Origin: Thermoclostridium stercorarium subsp. stercorarium DSM 8532
GTDB lineage: Bacteria > Bacillota > Clostridia > DSM-8532
Assembly: GCF_000331995.1 (NCBI RefSeq)
Contig: NC_020134.1
Coordinates: 2,430,627 to 2,454,626 of the forward strand
Reading direction: 5' to 3'
DNA: 24,000 nucleotides
Shown here: one piece after another, positions 8,684-17,100 of the stretch
Layout of the letters: the number at the start of each line of letters is the position of its first letter
How positions within the stretch are numbered: the first letter of the stretch is position 1
The notes under the pieces: model-generated
Seen by the model: only the letters and a program-made list of their open reading frames with translations
What the model was told of the DNA's origin: nothing
The model's database searches: none
Made by a program: the position numbers and the translations under genes

Positions 8684-10585
8684 TTACATATCTCCTCTGC
8701 TCTTCAGCCTTTTAAGAACCCTTTCCGCCAGACTTTTGGAATCAAGGCCATACTTATGATACAAAAGTTCCCTCTTTCCGTGTTCTATCGGTATGTCCGG
8801 GAACGCAGCCACTTCAACGGGGATGTTCATTCCCGCTTCGTTAAGTTTAAACAGGGCTATGCTCCCAAAACCTCCGCTTTTTATATGGTCCTCAACCGTC
8901 ATAAGCAGACAGGTTTTCTTTAGCGATTTACACAGCAACCCGGTATCAAAAGGTTTTATAAAACGATAGTACAAAACATCACTGTGTATTCCGTATTTTT
9001 CAAGTTCCTTTGCCGCCTCAACGGCTATCTCCAGCATATGCCCGGTGACTGCGATGGTAATGTCTCCTCCGTCCATAATCTTGACGGCCTTTCCAAACTC
9101 TATAGGAATGTCGGGCGCCAGATTTCTCTTCCCCTGCCCTCTCGGATATCTGATCGCAATCGGCCCTTTTCCATCCTCCACCGCAAACTCGAGCATTTTC
9201 TCCAGTTCGTCATAATCGGCGGGTGACATTATGGTTATATTCGGCAGTGTTGAAAACAGCGCTATATCATATATACCCTGATGGGTTTCCCCGTCGTCAC
9301 CCACAATTCCCGCCCGGTCAACGGCAAAAATAACATTAAGATTCATCAGTGAAACATCGTGTATAATCTGGTCATAAGCCCTTTGCAGAAAAGATGAATA
9401 AACTGCCACAACGGGTCTCAGTCCTCTGATGGCCAGCCCCGCGGCCATTGTGACGGCATGCTGTTCGGCAATCCCCACGTCAAAAAAGCGTTTCGGGAAT
9501 TTCTCACTGAAAAGACTAAGCCCTGTTCCTTCAGGCATTGCAGCCGTTATAGCCACAATTTCTTTATGCTTTTCGGCCAGTTCCACAAGTTTTTTGCCGA
9601 AAACTTTGGAAAAACTTCCGTTGCTTTCAGACAACACCTTGCCCGTTTCCACGTCGAACGGCGAAACGCCGTGGTACTTCTGCGGTTTCTCCTCAGCAGG
9701 GGAATAACCTCTGCCTTTTTTGGTGCAAACATGTATAAGAACTGGTTCCTTCAGGTTTTTGACTCTCTGGAAAACCCTGTACATTTCCGATATATTATGT
9801 CCGTCCAGCGGTCCGTAATAATGAAACCCCAGTTCTTCAAAGAAGACACCCGGAAGTAACAAATATTTCAAAGAACCTTTTACCTTATGCAAAACCTTTC
9901 TGGCCGATTTACCAATAGCGGGTATGTTATCTACCAGGGTCTGGAAATCGGTTCTCACCTTATAGTAAATGGGTTCTGTCCGTATTCGGCTGAGGTAACG
10001 CGACAAAGCCCCGACGTTTTTTGATATGGACATTTCATTGTCGTTCAGAACAACAATTAGGTTTGTTTTACTGTTTCCGGCGTCGTTCAGCGCTTCAAAG
10101 GCCATGCCTCCTGTCAGCGCCCCGTCGCCGATTACCGCAATGACATTGTAATTATCCCCCATCAGATCCCTTGCCCTGGCCATACCAAGAGCCGCCGATA
10201 TGGACGTTGAACTGTGACCGGTATTAAAACAGTCATGCTCACTCTCGGTTATTTTTGGAAAACCCGAAATGCCGCCCATCTGTCTGATGGTAGCAAGTTG
10301 ATCCCTTCTTCCGGTCAATATCTTATGCACATAGGTCTGATGGCCTACATCCCATATTATTTTATCCCTCGGCGACTGGAAAACGGTATGTAAAACAATG
10401 GTCAGTTCAACCACGCCAAGGTTTGAAGCAATATGCCCACCCGTCTGGGATATTTTTTCGATTAAAAAACTCCTTATTTCCCCGGCAAGGGTTTGAAGGC
10501 AGCACATTTTCAGGTTCTTCAAATCTTCAGGCCCGTTTATGTTCTGAAGGACTCCCGCCGAACACAAACAAATTTTTCCGTCCAA
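8684..10585 (-). CDS. dxs: 1-deoxy-D-xylulose-5-phosphate synthase
   Basis: 633 aa. GHIASNLGVVELT, GHQTYVHKILTGR, GDGALTGGMAFEALN (ThDP motif) and AEQHAVTMAAGLA. The annotated start is TTG at 10585 with GAAGGAAA upstream. The exact start is uncertain; an in-frame TTG lies 6 codons downstream. Confidence 0.93.
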   Translation of the reverse strand: MDGKICLCSAGVLQNINGPEDLKNLKMCCLQTLAGEIRSFLIEKISQTGGHIASNLGVVELTIVLHTVFQSPRDKIIWDVGHQTYVHKILTGRRDQLATIRQMGGISGFPKITESEHDCFNTGHSSTSISAALGMARARDLMGDNYNVIAVIGDGALTGGMAFEALNDAGNSKTNLIVVLNDNEMSISKNVGALSRYLSRIRTEPIYYKVRTDFQTLVDNIPAIGKSARKVLHKVKGSLKYLLLPGVFFEELGFHYYGPLDGHNISEMYRVFQRVKNLKEPVLIHVCTKKGRGYSPAEEKPQKYHGVSPFDVETGKVLSESNGSFSKVFGKKLVELAEKHKEIVAITAAMPEGTGLSLFSEKFPKRFFDVGIAEQHAVTMAAGLAIRGLRPVVAVYSSFLQRAYDQIIHDVSLMNLNVIFAVDRAGIVGDDGETHQGIYDIALFSTLPNITIMSPADYDELEKMLEFAVEDGKGPIAIRYPRGQGKRNLAPDIPIEFGKAVKIMDGGDITIAVTGHMLEIAVEAAKELEKYGIHSDVLYYRFIKPFDTGLLCKSLKKTCLLMTVEDHIKSGGFGSIALFKLNEAGMNIPVEVAAFPDIPIEHGKRELLYHKYGLDSKSLAERVLKRLKSRGDM

Positions 10586-10645
10586 TTGAGTTTCCTTCTT
10601 TCAACCTTAAAATCCGAAGCAAATTTGCGAGTTCCGTAATTGTAT

Positions 10646-10674
10646 ATTTTACTAAAGGATAAAAGTTAAATCAA
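10646..10674 (-). promoter_or_regulatory. Sigma-A-type promoter upstream of dxs
   Basis: On the minus strand: TTGATT (10674-10669), 17 nt spacer, TAAAAT (10651-10646), about 60 nt upstream of the dxs start. Confidence 0.4.
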
Positions 10675-10762
10675 TTCTTTACTGCCATTTAATGGAACAT
10701 GAGAAACGATTCTGCGACGGTCACTCTGAGAAGATGAAAATAAGCTAAATATAATTACTGAG

Positions 10763-11203
10763 CTAATTTAAAATTATGCCGGTTATAATTCCCAATGCCG
10801 CTCCGGCAACTACCTCGATAGGGGTGTGCCCCAAAAGTTCCTTTAACTGTTTATCAAGCTGTATGTTCTCATGGGAATTTACAAGCTTGTTCAGAACTTC
10901 GGCCTGCTTGCCCGCCGCCCTTCTTACCCCGGCTGCGTCGGCCATAACGACAAGTGAAAAAACAACCGCCAGTGCAAAAATATCCGACGTAAACCCGTTA
11001 TGTATGCCCAGTATGGTTGCCAGCGACACAGTAAAAGCGGTATGAGAGCTCGGCATTCCGCCTGAGCCTATCAATTTTCTGAAATCAAGCTTTCGGGTTT
11101 TAACATAATTATGAAAAAATTTAATGCTCTGGGCCAAAAACCAAGTCAGTACAGGTGTGGTAATGGCTCTGTTACTCAGAACATCGGTGAAAAATTTCAG
11201 CAT
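10763..11203 (-). CDS. Divergent PAP2 family membrane protein (DUF212, YuiD-like; acid phosphatase/vanadium haloperoxidase-related)
   Basis: 146 aa. GGMPSSHTAF and MADAAGVRRAAGKQAEVLNKL motifs are characteristic of the DUF212/divergent PAP2 family. GAGGTGAG SD. Confidence 0.8.
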   Translation of the reverse strand: MLKFFTDVLSNRAITTPVLTWFLAQSIKFFHNYVKTRKLDFRKLIGSGGMPSSHTAFTVSLATILGIHNGFTSDIFALAVVFSLVVMADAAGVRRAAGKQAEVLNKLVNSHENIQLDKQLKELLGHTPIEVVAGAALGIITGIILN

Positions 11204-11219
11204 CGCTCACCTCATCAGG

Positions 11220-12116
11220 CTAATTTCTTCTTTCGGCGATATAATAAGCAATTTCCTTAAGAAACCATGCTCTTTCCCCAAACACATCCAAAGACTCAAC
11301 GGCTTTCCTCGTAACTTCCCGAAGCATTTCCTTTGCCCCGTCCAGACCATACAGCGACACATAGGTTGTTTTCCTGTTCCTTTCATCGCTCCCTACGGGT
11401 TTGCCCAGCTCCTCGATTGTGCCTTCCACATCAAGGATATCGTCCCTTATCTGGAATGCGATGCCGATATTTTCTGCATATTCGGTCAGGGCTTTTATTT
11501 TATCCTCCGAAAGTCCTAAAAAAACAGCCGGAACAATTACGCTTGCCGTAATCAGGGCCCCTGTCTTCTTTCTGTGCATGGTTTTCAGCTTCGTGGCAGA
11601 AACCTGCGTGCCTTCAGACTCCATGTCAATGACCTGACCCGCAATCATTCCGTCCCGGCCTGCGGCCCTGGCAATTATACATGAGGCTTTAACCCAGTGT
11701 TCCATTTTGTCCCCCGCATTTGCCGAAGCCTCAAAAAGAAGGGAAAACGCCTCATTCAGCAATGCATCACCGGCAAGAATTGCCATGGCCTCGCCGAACA
11801 CCTTATGATTTGTTAATTTTCCGCGGCGGTAGTCATCGTTGTCCATTGCAGGCAAGTCATCATGTATAAGCGAATAAGTATGAATCATTTCAATGGCCGC
11901 GGCAAAAGGCATCACTTCCTGAGGATCCCCGGACAACATTTTTGTCACGGCCAGCATTAAAACAGGCCTTATTCTTTTTCCACCCGCCATTACACTGTAG
12001 CTCATGGATTCTACAAGCCTTTTTTCGGGCACTTCTCTATTCAGTCTGTCAAAATACTTAACCAAATAATCATCAACCAGCGTGGTTAAATTCCTCATTT
12101 CTTCCTTAAAATTCAT
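11220..12116 (-). CDS. ispA: Polyprenyl (farnesyl/geranylgeranyl) diphosphate synthase
   Basis: First Asp-rich motif LIHDDLPAMDNDDYRRG and second Asp-rich motif FQIRDDILD. I place the start at ATG 12116 (MNFKEEM...), which forms an ATGA overlap with the xseB stop and has GGGGGAAG upstream. The track ORF extends to a GTG at 12152 that lies inside xseB. Confidence 0.87.
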   Translation of the reverse strand: MNFKEEMRNLTTLVDDYLVKYFDRLNREVPEKRLVESMSYSVMAGGKRIRPVLMLAVTKMLSGDPQEVMPFAAAIEMIHTYSLIHDDLPAMDNDDYRRGKLTNHKVFGEAMAILAGDALLNEAFSLLFEASANAGDKMEHWVKASCIIARAAGRDGMIAGQVIDMESEGTQVSATKLKTMHRKKTGALITASVIVPAVFLGLSEDKIKALTEYAENIGIAFQIRDDILDVEGTIEELGKPVGSDERNRKTTYVSLYGLDGAKEMLREVTRKAVESLDVFGERAWFLKEIAYYIAERRN

Positions 12117-12346
12117 TGTTCTTCCCCCGGTGAAAAAGGTTCTTCCCTGCACTCGCCGTTAGCATCGATAAGTTTTACAATTTTCTTTTCGGTCTCATCA
12201 AGCTTTTTGGCGCAATATGCCGATAACTCAACGCCCTTCTGGAAGAGTTCCAGAGATTTTTCCAGAGGGATATCCCCGTTTTCCAAAAGCCTAACAATTT
12301 CCTCCAGTTGCTTTACGGCCTCTTCATAACTTAAATTCAGTTCCAT
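12113..12346 (-). CDS. xseB: Exodeoxyribonuclease VII small subunit
   Basis: 77 aa. SYEEAVKQLEEIVRLLENGDIPLEKSLELFQKGVELSAYCAKKL is the canonical XseB helix-hairpin sequence. Confidence 0.9.
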   Translation of the reverse strand: MELNLSYEEAVKQLEEIVRLLENGDIPLEKSLELFQKGVELSAYCAKKLDETEKKIVKLIDANGECREEPFSPGEEQ

Positions 12347-12370
12347 TTTCCTTTCCCCTTGTCCTTATTG

Positions 12371-13567
12371 TTATATTTCCATTTTTTCGGCCACGCATTT
12401 TATCTTGCCGTCAGCAAGAATTATGTCCAGTTTGTCTCCGTTATGTACCTGCTCTGCCGATTTTATAATATTACCGTTTTTCATTGTAATGCTGTAACCC
12501 CTGGCCAGAACGGTAAGCGGGCTAAGCACGTCAAGTTTTCCGCACAAAACAGAAAGCATTCCCTTTTCCTTTTCAATTCTTCGCTTCATTGCGTCAGCAA
12601 TGTTTTTCCTAATAATTTCCAGATCCATTTTTTTCTGATTTACCCTGTCCAGAGGATGTCTCATGGACGGGCTTTTCATCAGTTGTTCCAGTTTCAGTCT
12701 TTCACACTGAATTCTGTTGGTTATGGCTTTTTTCAAACGCAGCCTCAAATCCATAACATTTTTAACCAGCATTTCCTTTTCAGGAATAACCAGCTCTGCT
12801 GCCGCGGAAGGTGTTGGCGCCCTGAGATCGGCGACAAAATCAGAGATGGAAAAGTCGGTTTCATGCCCCACTGCTGAAATAACCGGGATTTCGGACCTGT
12901 AGATACTCCATGCTACAATCTCCTCATTAAACGGCCAAAGTTCTTCCAGCGAACCTCCTCCCCGTGCCAGGATAATCACGTCTGCTGCTTTGTGCCGGTT
13001 AATAAAATCCAGCGCATACGCTATCTGCCTTGCCGCATCTTCTCCCTGCACCTGCACGGGGAACAGCTTCAGAACCGCGTTGGGGAACCTTCTGAAAAGA
13101 ATATTTATGATATCCCTTATAACTGCGCCGGTAGGAGAAGTAACAACGGCTATACTCCGGGGCAGGTATGGGATTTTCTTTTTTATTTCCGGCCTGAACA
13201 AACCTTCTTTTTCAAGTTTCTGTTTCAGTTGCTCAAAGGCAAGGTATAAATTCCCCAATCCGGCAGGCTCCATATATTCAGGATAAAGCTGGTATGAACC
13301 GCCTGCCTCGTAAATTGATACATATCCTCTGACTATTACTTTCATGCCGTCTTTGGGTTTGAACTTCAGCATCTGATTTTGCGATCTGAACATTACACAT
13401 CTGATTACACTGGATTCATCCTTAAGCGTAAAATACATGTGACCGGACGAGTGCAGCTTGAAATTTGAGATTTCTCCCATTACACACACATCAGACAGGA
13501 TACTGTCGTACGCAAACAAACGTTTTATATATCTTGTAAGCTGAGTTACGGTAATAACTTCCTGCAT
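12371..13567 (-). CDS. xseA: Exodeoxyribonuclease VII large subunit
   Basis: 398 aa. N-terminal OB-fold region (VTVTQLTRYIKRLF...GEISNFKLHSSGHMYFTLKD), catalytic region VVTSPTGAVIRDI...ARGGGSLEELWPFNEE...SAVGHETDFSISDFVAD. Confidence 0.95.
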   Translation of the reverse strand: MQEVITVTQLTRYIKRLFAYDSILSDVCVMGEISNFKLHSSGHMYFTLKDESSVIRCVMFRSQNQMLKFKPKDGMKVIVRGYVSIYEAGGSYQLYPEYMEPAGLGNLYLAFEQLKQKLEKEGLFRPEIKKKIPYLPRSIAVVTSPTGAVIRDIINILFRRFPNAVLKLFPVQVQGEDAARQIAYALDFINRHKAADVIILARGGGSLEELWPFNEEIVAWSIYRSEIPVISAVGHETDFSISDFVADLRAPTPSAAAELVIPEKEMLVKNVMDLRLRLKKAITNRIQCERLKLEQLMKSPSMRHPLDRVNQKKMDLEIIRKNIADAMKRRIEKEKGMLSVLCGKLDVLSPLTVLARGYSITMKNGNIIKSAEQVHNGDKLDIILADGKIKCVAEKMEI

Positions 13568-13569
13568 TT

Positions 13570-13998
13570 TTACTGCTCCTCATCGGCTTTCAGCCCGGCC
13601 GCAATTTTGCCAAGTACACCGTTTATAAAATTCTTTGACTGATCGGTACCGTATTTTTTGGCCAGCTCAACGGCTTCGTTTATTGAAACGTTTACAGGAA
13701 TATCCTTACGGTATTTAAGTTCATAAACGGCAAGGCGCATTATGGCCAGGTCCACTTTTGGCATTCTTTCCAGCCGCCAGCCGATTGAATGGACCTGAAT
13801 TAAATTGTCTATTTCCTCCTTATGGTCTATAACGCCATGAATAACGTCAAGAAAAAACTCCCTGTCCAAATTCTCCAGATCTTCGTTCTCTTCAAGAAAC
13901 ATCCTTATCTGTTCCTCTATGTCGTCATCCCTGAGCTGGATCTGATACAGAAGTTTCATTGCATTCTCTCGGGTTATTCTTCTGCTCAATTTGTCCAC
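13570..13998 (-). CDS. nusB: Transcription antitermination factor NusB
   Basis: 142 aa. [14 protein letters not shown]...[13 protein letters not shown]...[17 protein letters not shown]...FINGVLG. The track start is GTG 13998; an in-frame TTG 3 codons downstream (13989) has better spacing to the AAGGTGGA SD. Confidence 0.9.
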   Translation of the reverse strand: MDKLSRRITRENAMKLLYQIQLRDDDIEEQIRMFLEENEDLENLDREFFLDVIHGVIDHKEEIDNLIQVHSIGWRLERMPKVDLAIMRLAVYELKYRKDIPVNVSINEAVELAKKYGTDQSKNFINGVLGKIAAGLKADEEQ

Positions 13999-14104
13999 CT
14001 TACCTTAATTAACGATATAAGAGTGCTTTTTTCCTCACTATTATAACCACTGAAGGTTAACACTGCAAGGGTCATGTTAAAACAACTCCGCTGCCTGTAA
14101 CCGC

Positions 14105-14134
14105 TTTACAATACGCCAAACCGTGTGGTATAAT
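14105..14134 (+). promoter_or_regulatory. Sigma-A-type promoter (extended -10) upstream of the LacI-family gene
   Basis: TTTACA (14105-14110), 18 nt spacer, TGgTATAAT (14126-14134). About 155 nt leader before ATG 14294, which has a GAGGT SD. Confidence 0.45.
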
Positions 14135-14293
14135 TGCTCAGAAGTATCATTCTTTGAAGATGCCGGCATTTGCCCGTATGAACCTGGAAATACCATTTTC
14201 AAAGATCAGTTTCTTTAAATCCCTGAATAATGACTTACTTTATTTACATAATTTTTTTCGGACTACTAAAGAGTAAATGTATGAGGTTGTGTT

Positions 14294-15273
14294 ATGAGTA
14301 CGCTTAAGGATGTGGCTGAAAAAGCCGGTGTTACAGTAACAACTGTTTCCCGTATGCTTAATAACAGGGGTTATGTCAGTGAGAAAACAAGGAACAAAAT
14401 CCTTAAAGCCATGAAGGAGTTAAACTACCGCCCCAACGAATTTGCCAGGGCATTATCGCTGCAGAGAAGCAACTTCATTGGCCTGATTGTTCCGTCTGCC
14501 AGCAATATGTTCTTCAGCAAGGTAATTGACAGCGTCGAACGCCAGGTTTCAAAACATGGTTACAAATTGCTGCTCTGCACGTCAAATCTTGAACCAAAAA
14601 AGAATTCGAATATTTTGACATGCTGAGTGCAAATAAAGTTGCAGGAGTAATTATAGCAAGCCACACTCAGAATTTGGACAAAAAAATAAACATTGATGCT
14701 CCTGTGATTTCCATAGACAGAATCATTTCGCCTGACATACCGGCTATATGTTCAGACAATTACCAGGGCGGAGTGCTTGCAGCCGAACATCTGATTTCCA
14801 AAGGCTGCAAGAAGCTTGCACATATAAGCGGGAGCATACATTTGAACATGGATGCAAACAAACGTTACTACGGTTTCCGGGACGTGTGTGAAAAAAAAGG
14901 AATCCCTCATGTACTCATCGATGCCACCGAGGAACAATTCCTTTCAATGAACTATGAATCTATAATAAATATACTGCTGGATAATCATCCTGACGTGGAC
15001 GGAATATTCACATCCAATGACATTATAGCCGCTCAGGCGATTACAACATGCAGCAAACGCGGCATCAAAGTCCCCGAACAAATCAAGGTTGTGGGCTACG
15101 ATGACATTGATCTGTGCAAAATCTATAATCCGGCAATTACCACAATTCGTCAGTCAATTGACGATATTTGCATGTATGCCGTTGAAAGCATAATATCCAA
15201 AGTTGAAAACAATAAACCCATTCCGTCATGCATCATATTCCCCGTAACATTAATAGAAAGGGAGACAACCTGA
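14294..15273 (+). pseudogene. LacI-family transcriptional regulator interrupted by a -1 frameshift (or a sequencing error) in an A6 tract
   Basis: ORF 14294-14626 encodes the HTH (TLKDVAEKAGVTVTTVSRMLNN...YRPNEFARAL) and the start of the sugar-binding core. ORF 14620-15273 continues the core (...VVGYDDIDLCKIYNPAITTIRQ). Reading GAACCAAAAAAGAATTC with one extra A gives EPKKEFEYFDMLSANKV, the contiguous sequence expected for this family. Confidence 0.85.
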
Positions 15274-15307
15274 TATCTCCCTTTTAAATTTGTAACAAAA
15301 ATTGTTT

Positions 15308-16135
15308 CTACTTTATCGCTCCCTGAACTACACCTTCTATAATATATTTCTGCGAAAACAGATAAACAACAAGAATGGGTATAATGGTCAATACAATGCC
15401 CGCCATTAACGGTGCATAGTCAACACTGTATGTGTTGAAAAAGTTGTATGTGGACAACGGCAGTGTTCTTTCCGCGGGCGACAGTAAAATAAGGCTTGGC
15501 AGCAAATAGTCGTTCCATATCCACAAAACGTCCAATATTAATACCGTAACAAGCACGGGTTTTAAAAGCGGAAATACAATCCGGAAAAACAGTCTAATTT
15601 TGTTGCATCCGTCAATAAGCGCCGATTCCTCCATTTCCCCAGGAATATTTTTTATAAATCCGTGGAATATGAATATCGCAAATGCCTGTCCAAACCCCAT
15701 GTACATGAAAATTAAAACCCATTTGCTGTTCATTAAATTCAGGCTGCCGTAAATGCTTACCAGCGGTATCATTATTGCCTGAAAAGGAACAATCATCGAA
15801 GCCACCAGTATTGCAAATATTACCTTGTTTATCTTCCACGGATGCCTTACAAGGAAATAGGCTGCCATCGATGATGTGAGCAGTATCAGAATAATGCTGA
15901 TAACAGTGATAACCACACTGTTTCCGATTGCCTGCAGAAAATTCATCTTGTTAAAAGCATTTACATAATTGCCGAATCCTATTTTCTCAGGCAACGCGAA
16001 AGGATTTGTAACAAACTGCTGCGTGGTTTTAAATGAATTGATTACCATCAGGTAAAACGGCATTATGAATATTATCAGCATTAAATATATCAGAACGTAT
16101 CTAATGTATTTTAATTTGCCTTTCCTTTCTTTCAC
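15308..16135 (-). CDS. Carbohydrate ABC transporter permease (CUT1, MalG/UgpE-like)
   Basis: 275 aa, 6 TM pattern, EAA loop region EESALIDGCNKIRLFFRIVFPLLKP. GTG start overlaps the upstream stop (TAGTG), with GGAGG 5 nt upstream. Confidence 0.9.
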   Translation of the reverse strand: MKERKGKLKYIRYVLIYLMLIIFIMPFYLMVINSFKTTQQFVTNPFALPEKIGFGNYVNAFNKMNFLQAIGNSVVITVISIILILLTSSMAAYFLVRHPWKINKVIFAILVASMIVPFQAIMIPLVSIYGSLNLMNSKWVLIFMYMGFGQAFAIFIFHGFIKNIPGEMEESALIDGCNKIRLFFRIVFPLLKPVLVTVLILDVLWIWNDYLLPSLILLSPAERTLPLSTYNFFNTYSVDYAPLMAGIVLTIIPILVVYLFSQKYIIEGVVQGAIK

Positions 16136-17019
16136 TATGCCTCCACCTCAAATCTTTTAGTTAAAAGAACCTGGGTTACCGCTACAATTGCCACTGTAAC
16201 GAAGAATATAATCGCTTCAGCCTGTCCAATACCATATTCATTTGCCTGGAAGGCTTTCTGGTATATATGCATAGCTGCAAGCCTGGTGGAACCATATGGC
16301 TGACCGTTTGTCAGTGCGAGATTGAGATCATAAGTCATAAATCCCCGTGAAATAATTATAAAGAAACATATAATAAACGACGGTACCATCAACGGCATTG
16401 TTATATGCCATAGCCTTCGGAAACCTGTAGCTCCGTCAATTTCAGCCGCCTCATCAACATCTTGCGGTATGCTTACAAAGCCGGCTATATAAATTATCAT
16501 CAGATAACCCGCGTATTGCCATACCGTAACGATAATCATCGAGACTATAGCTCTTTCAGGATGAGTGAGGAATGAAGTTTTGAGAAACTGGTAATCCAAG
16601 ATTTCCCCCAGTTTAGTAACCACATTTGAAAAAAGGAACTTCCATATGTAACCGAGCACTATGCCTCCTATAAGATTGGGTGTAAAGAAACCTGCCCTGA
16701 GAAAATCTCGTCCTTTTATGTTGCCTGTCAGAAGAAATGCCAGCAAAAAAGCCAATATATTACAGAATATGGTTGAATACAGGACATACTTCAGTGTTTT
16801 TCCAAACTGCTGCCAGAATTCCTTGTCGGAAAAAACAGCCTTAAAATTGTTTATTCCTACAAATTCGTATGACATTTTTATCGGACTGTAATCGGTAAAC
16901 GTCAGATAAATACCGTATACAAGCGGTATTAACAATACACATGTAAATGCAAAAAGCGAAGGTCCCATAAACAAAACAAAACTACCTATTTTGTTTAGTA
17001 GTTTCCTGTTACCATTCAT
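16135..17019 (-). CDS. Carbohydrate ABC transporter permease (CUT1, MalF/UgpA-like)
   Basis: 294 aa polytopic protein. EAA loop DEAAEIDGATGFRRLWHITMPLMVP. Confidence 0.9.
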   Translation of the reverse strand: MNGNRKLLNKIGSFVLFMGPSLFAFTCVLLIPLVYGIYLTFTDYSPIKMSYEFVGINNFKAVFSDKEFWQQFGKTLKYVLYSTIFCNILAFLLAFLLTGNIKGRDFLRAGFFTPNLIGGIVLGYIWKFLFSNVVTKLGEILDYQFLKTSFLTHPERAIVSMIIVTVWQYAGYLMIIYIAGFVSIPQDVDEAAEIDGATGFRRLWHITMPLMVPSFIICFFIIISRGFMTYDLNLALTNGQPYGSTRLAAMHIYQKAFQANEYGIGQAEAIIFFVTVAIVAVTQVLLTKRFEVEA

Positions 17020-17040
17020 TTTAACAACCCCAGTCCCCCT

Positions 17041-17077
17041 GAACGGATAACGGCAAAACTTTTGCCGCTATCCGTTC
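17041..17077 (-). promoter_or_regulatory. Intercistronic stem-loop between the binding-protein and permease genes
   Basis: GAACGGATAaCGGCAAAA-c-TTTTGCCGcTATCCGTTC: a 17 bp inverted repeat with one internal mismatch. It lies 24 nt after the SBP stop and 20 nt before the permease start. No U-tract follows on the coding (minus) strand. Confidence 0.6.
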
Positions 17078-17100
17078 TGAATTTATATTAAATATTATAT

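Noticed and set aside
12117-12152. Longer ispA ORF starting at GTG 12152 (MQGRTFFTGGRT...)
   Set aside because: It would overlap 40 nt of xseB. ATG 12116 forms the common ATGA stop/start coupling and has its own SD.
12359-12877. 172 aa plus-strand ORF. Similar long antisense ORFs occur at 2479-2850, 5288-5743, 6015-6401, 7385-7834, 9458-9859 and 11124-11519.
   Set aside because: Each lies entirely opposite a gene with unambiguous family motifs (xseA, murJ, recN, nadK, dxs, ispA). They lack ribosome-binding sites and encode F/L/S/R-rich sequences with no recognisable motifs. This is typical of shadow ORFs on the antisense strand of real genes.
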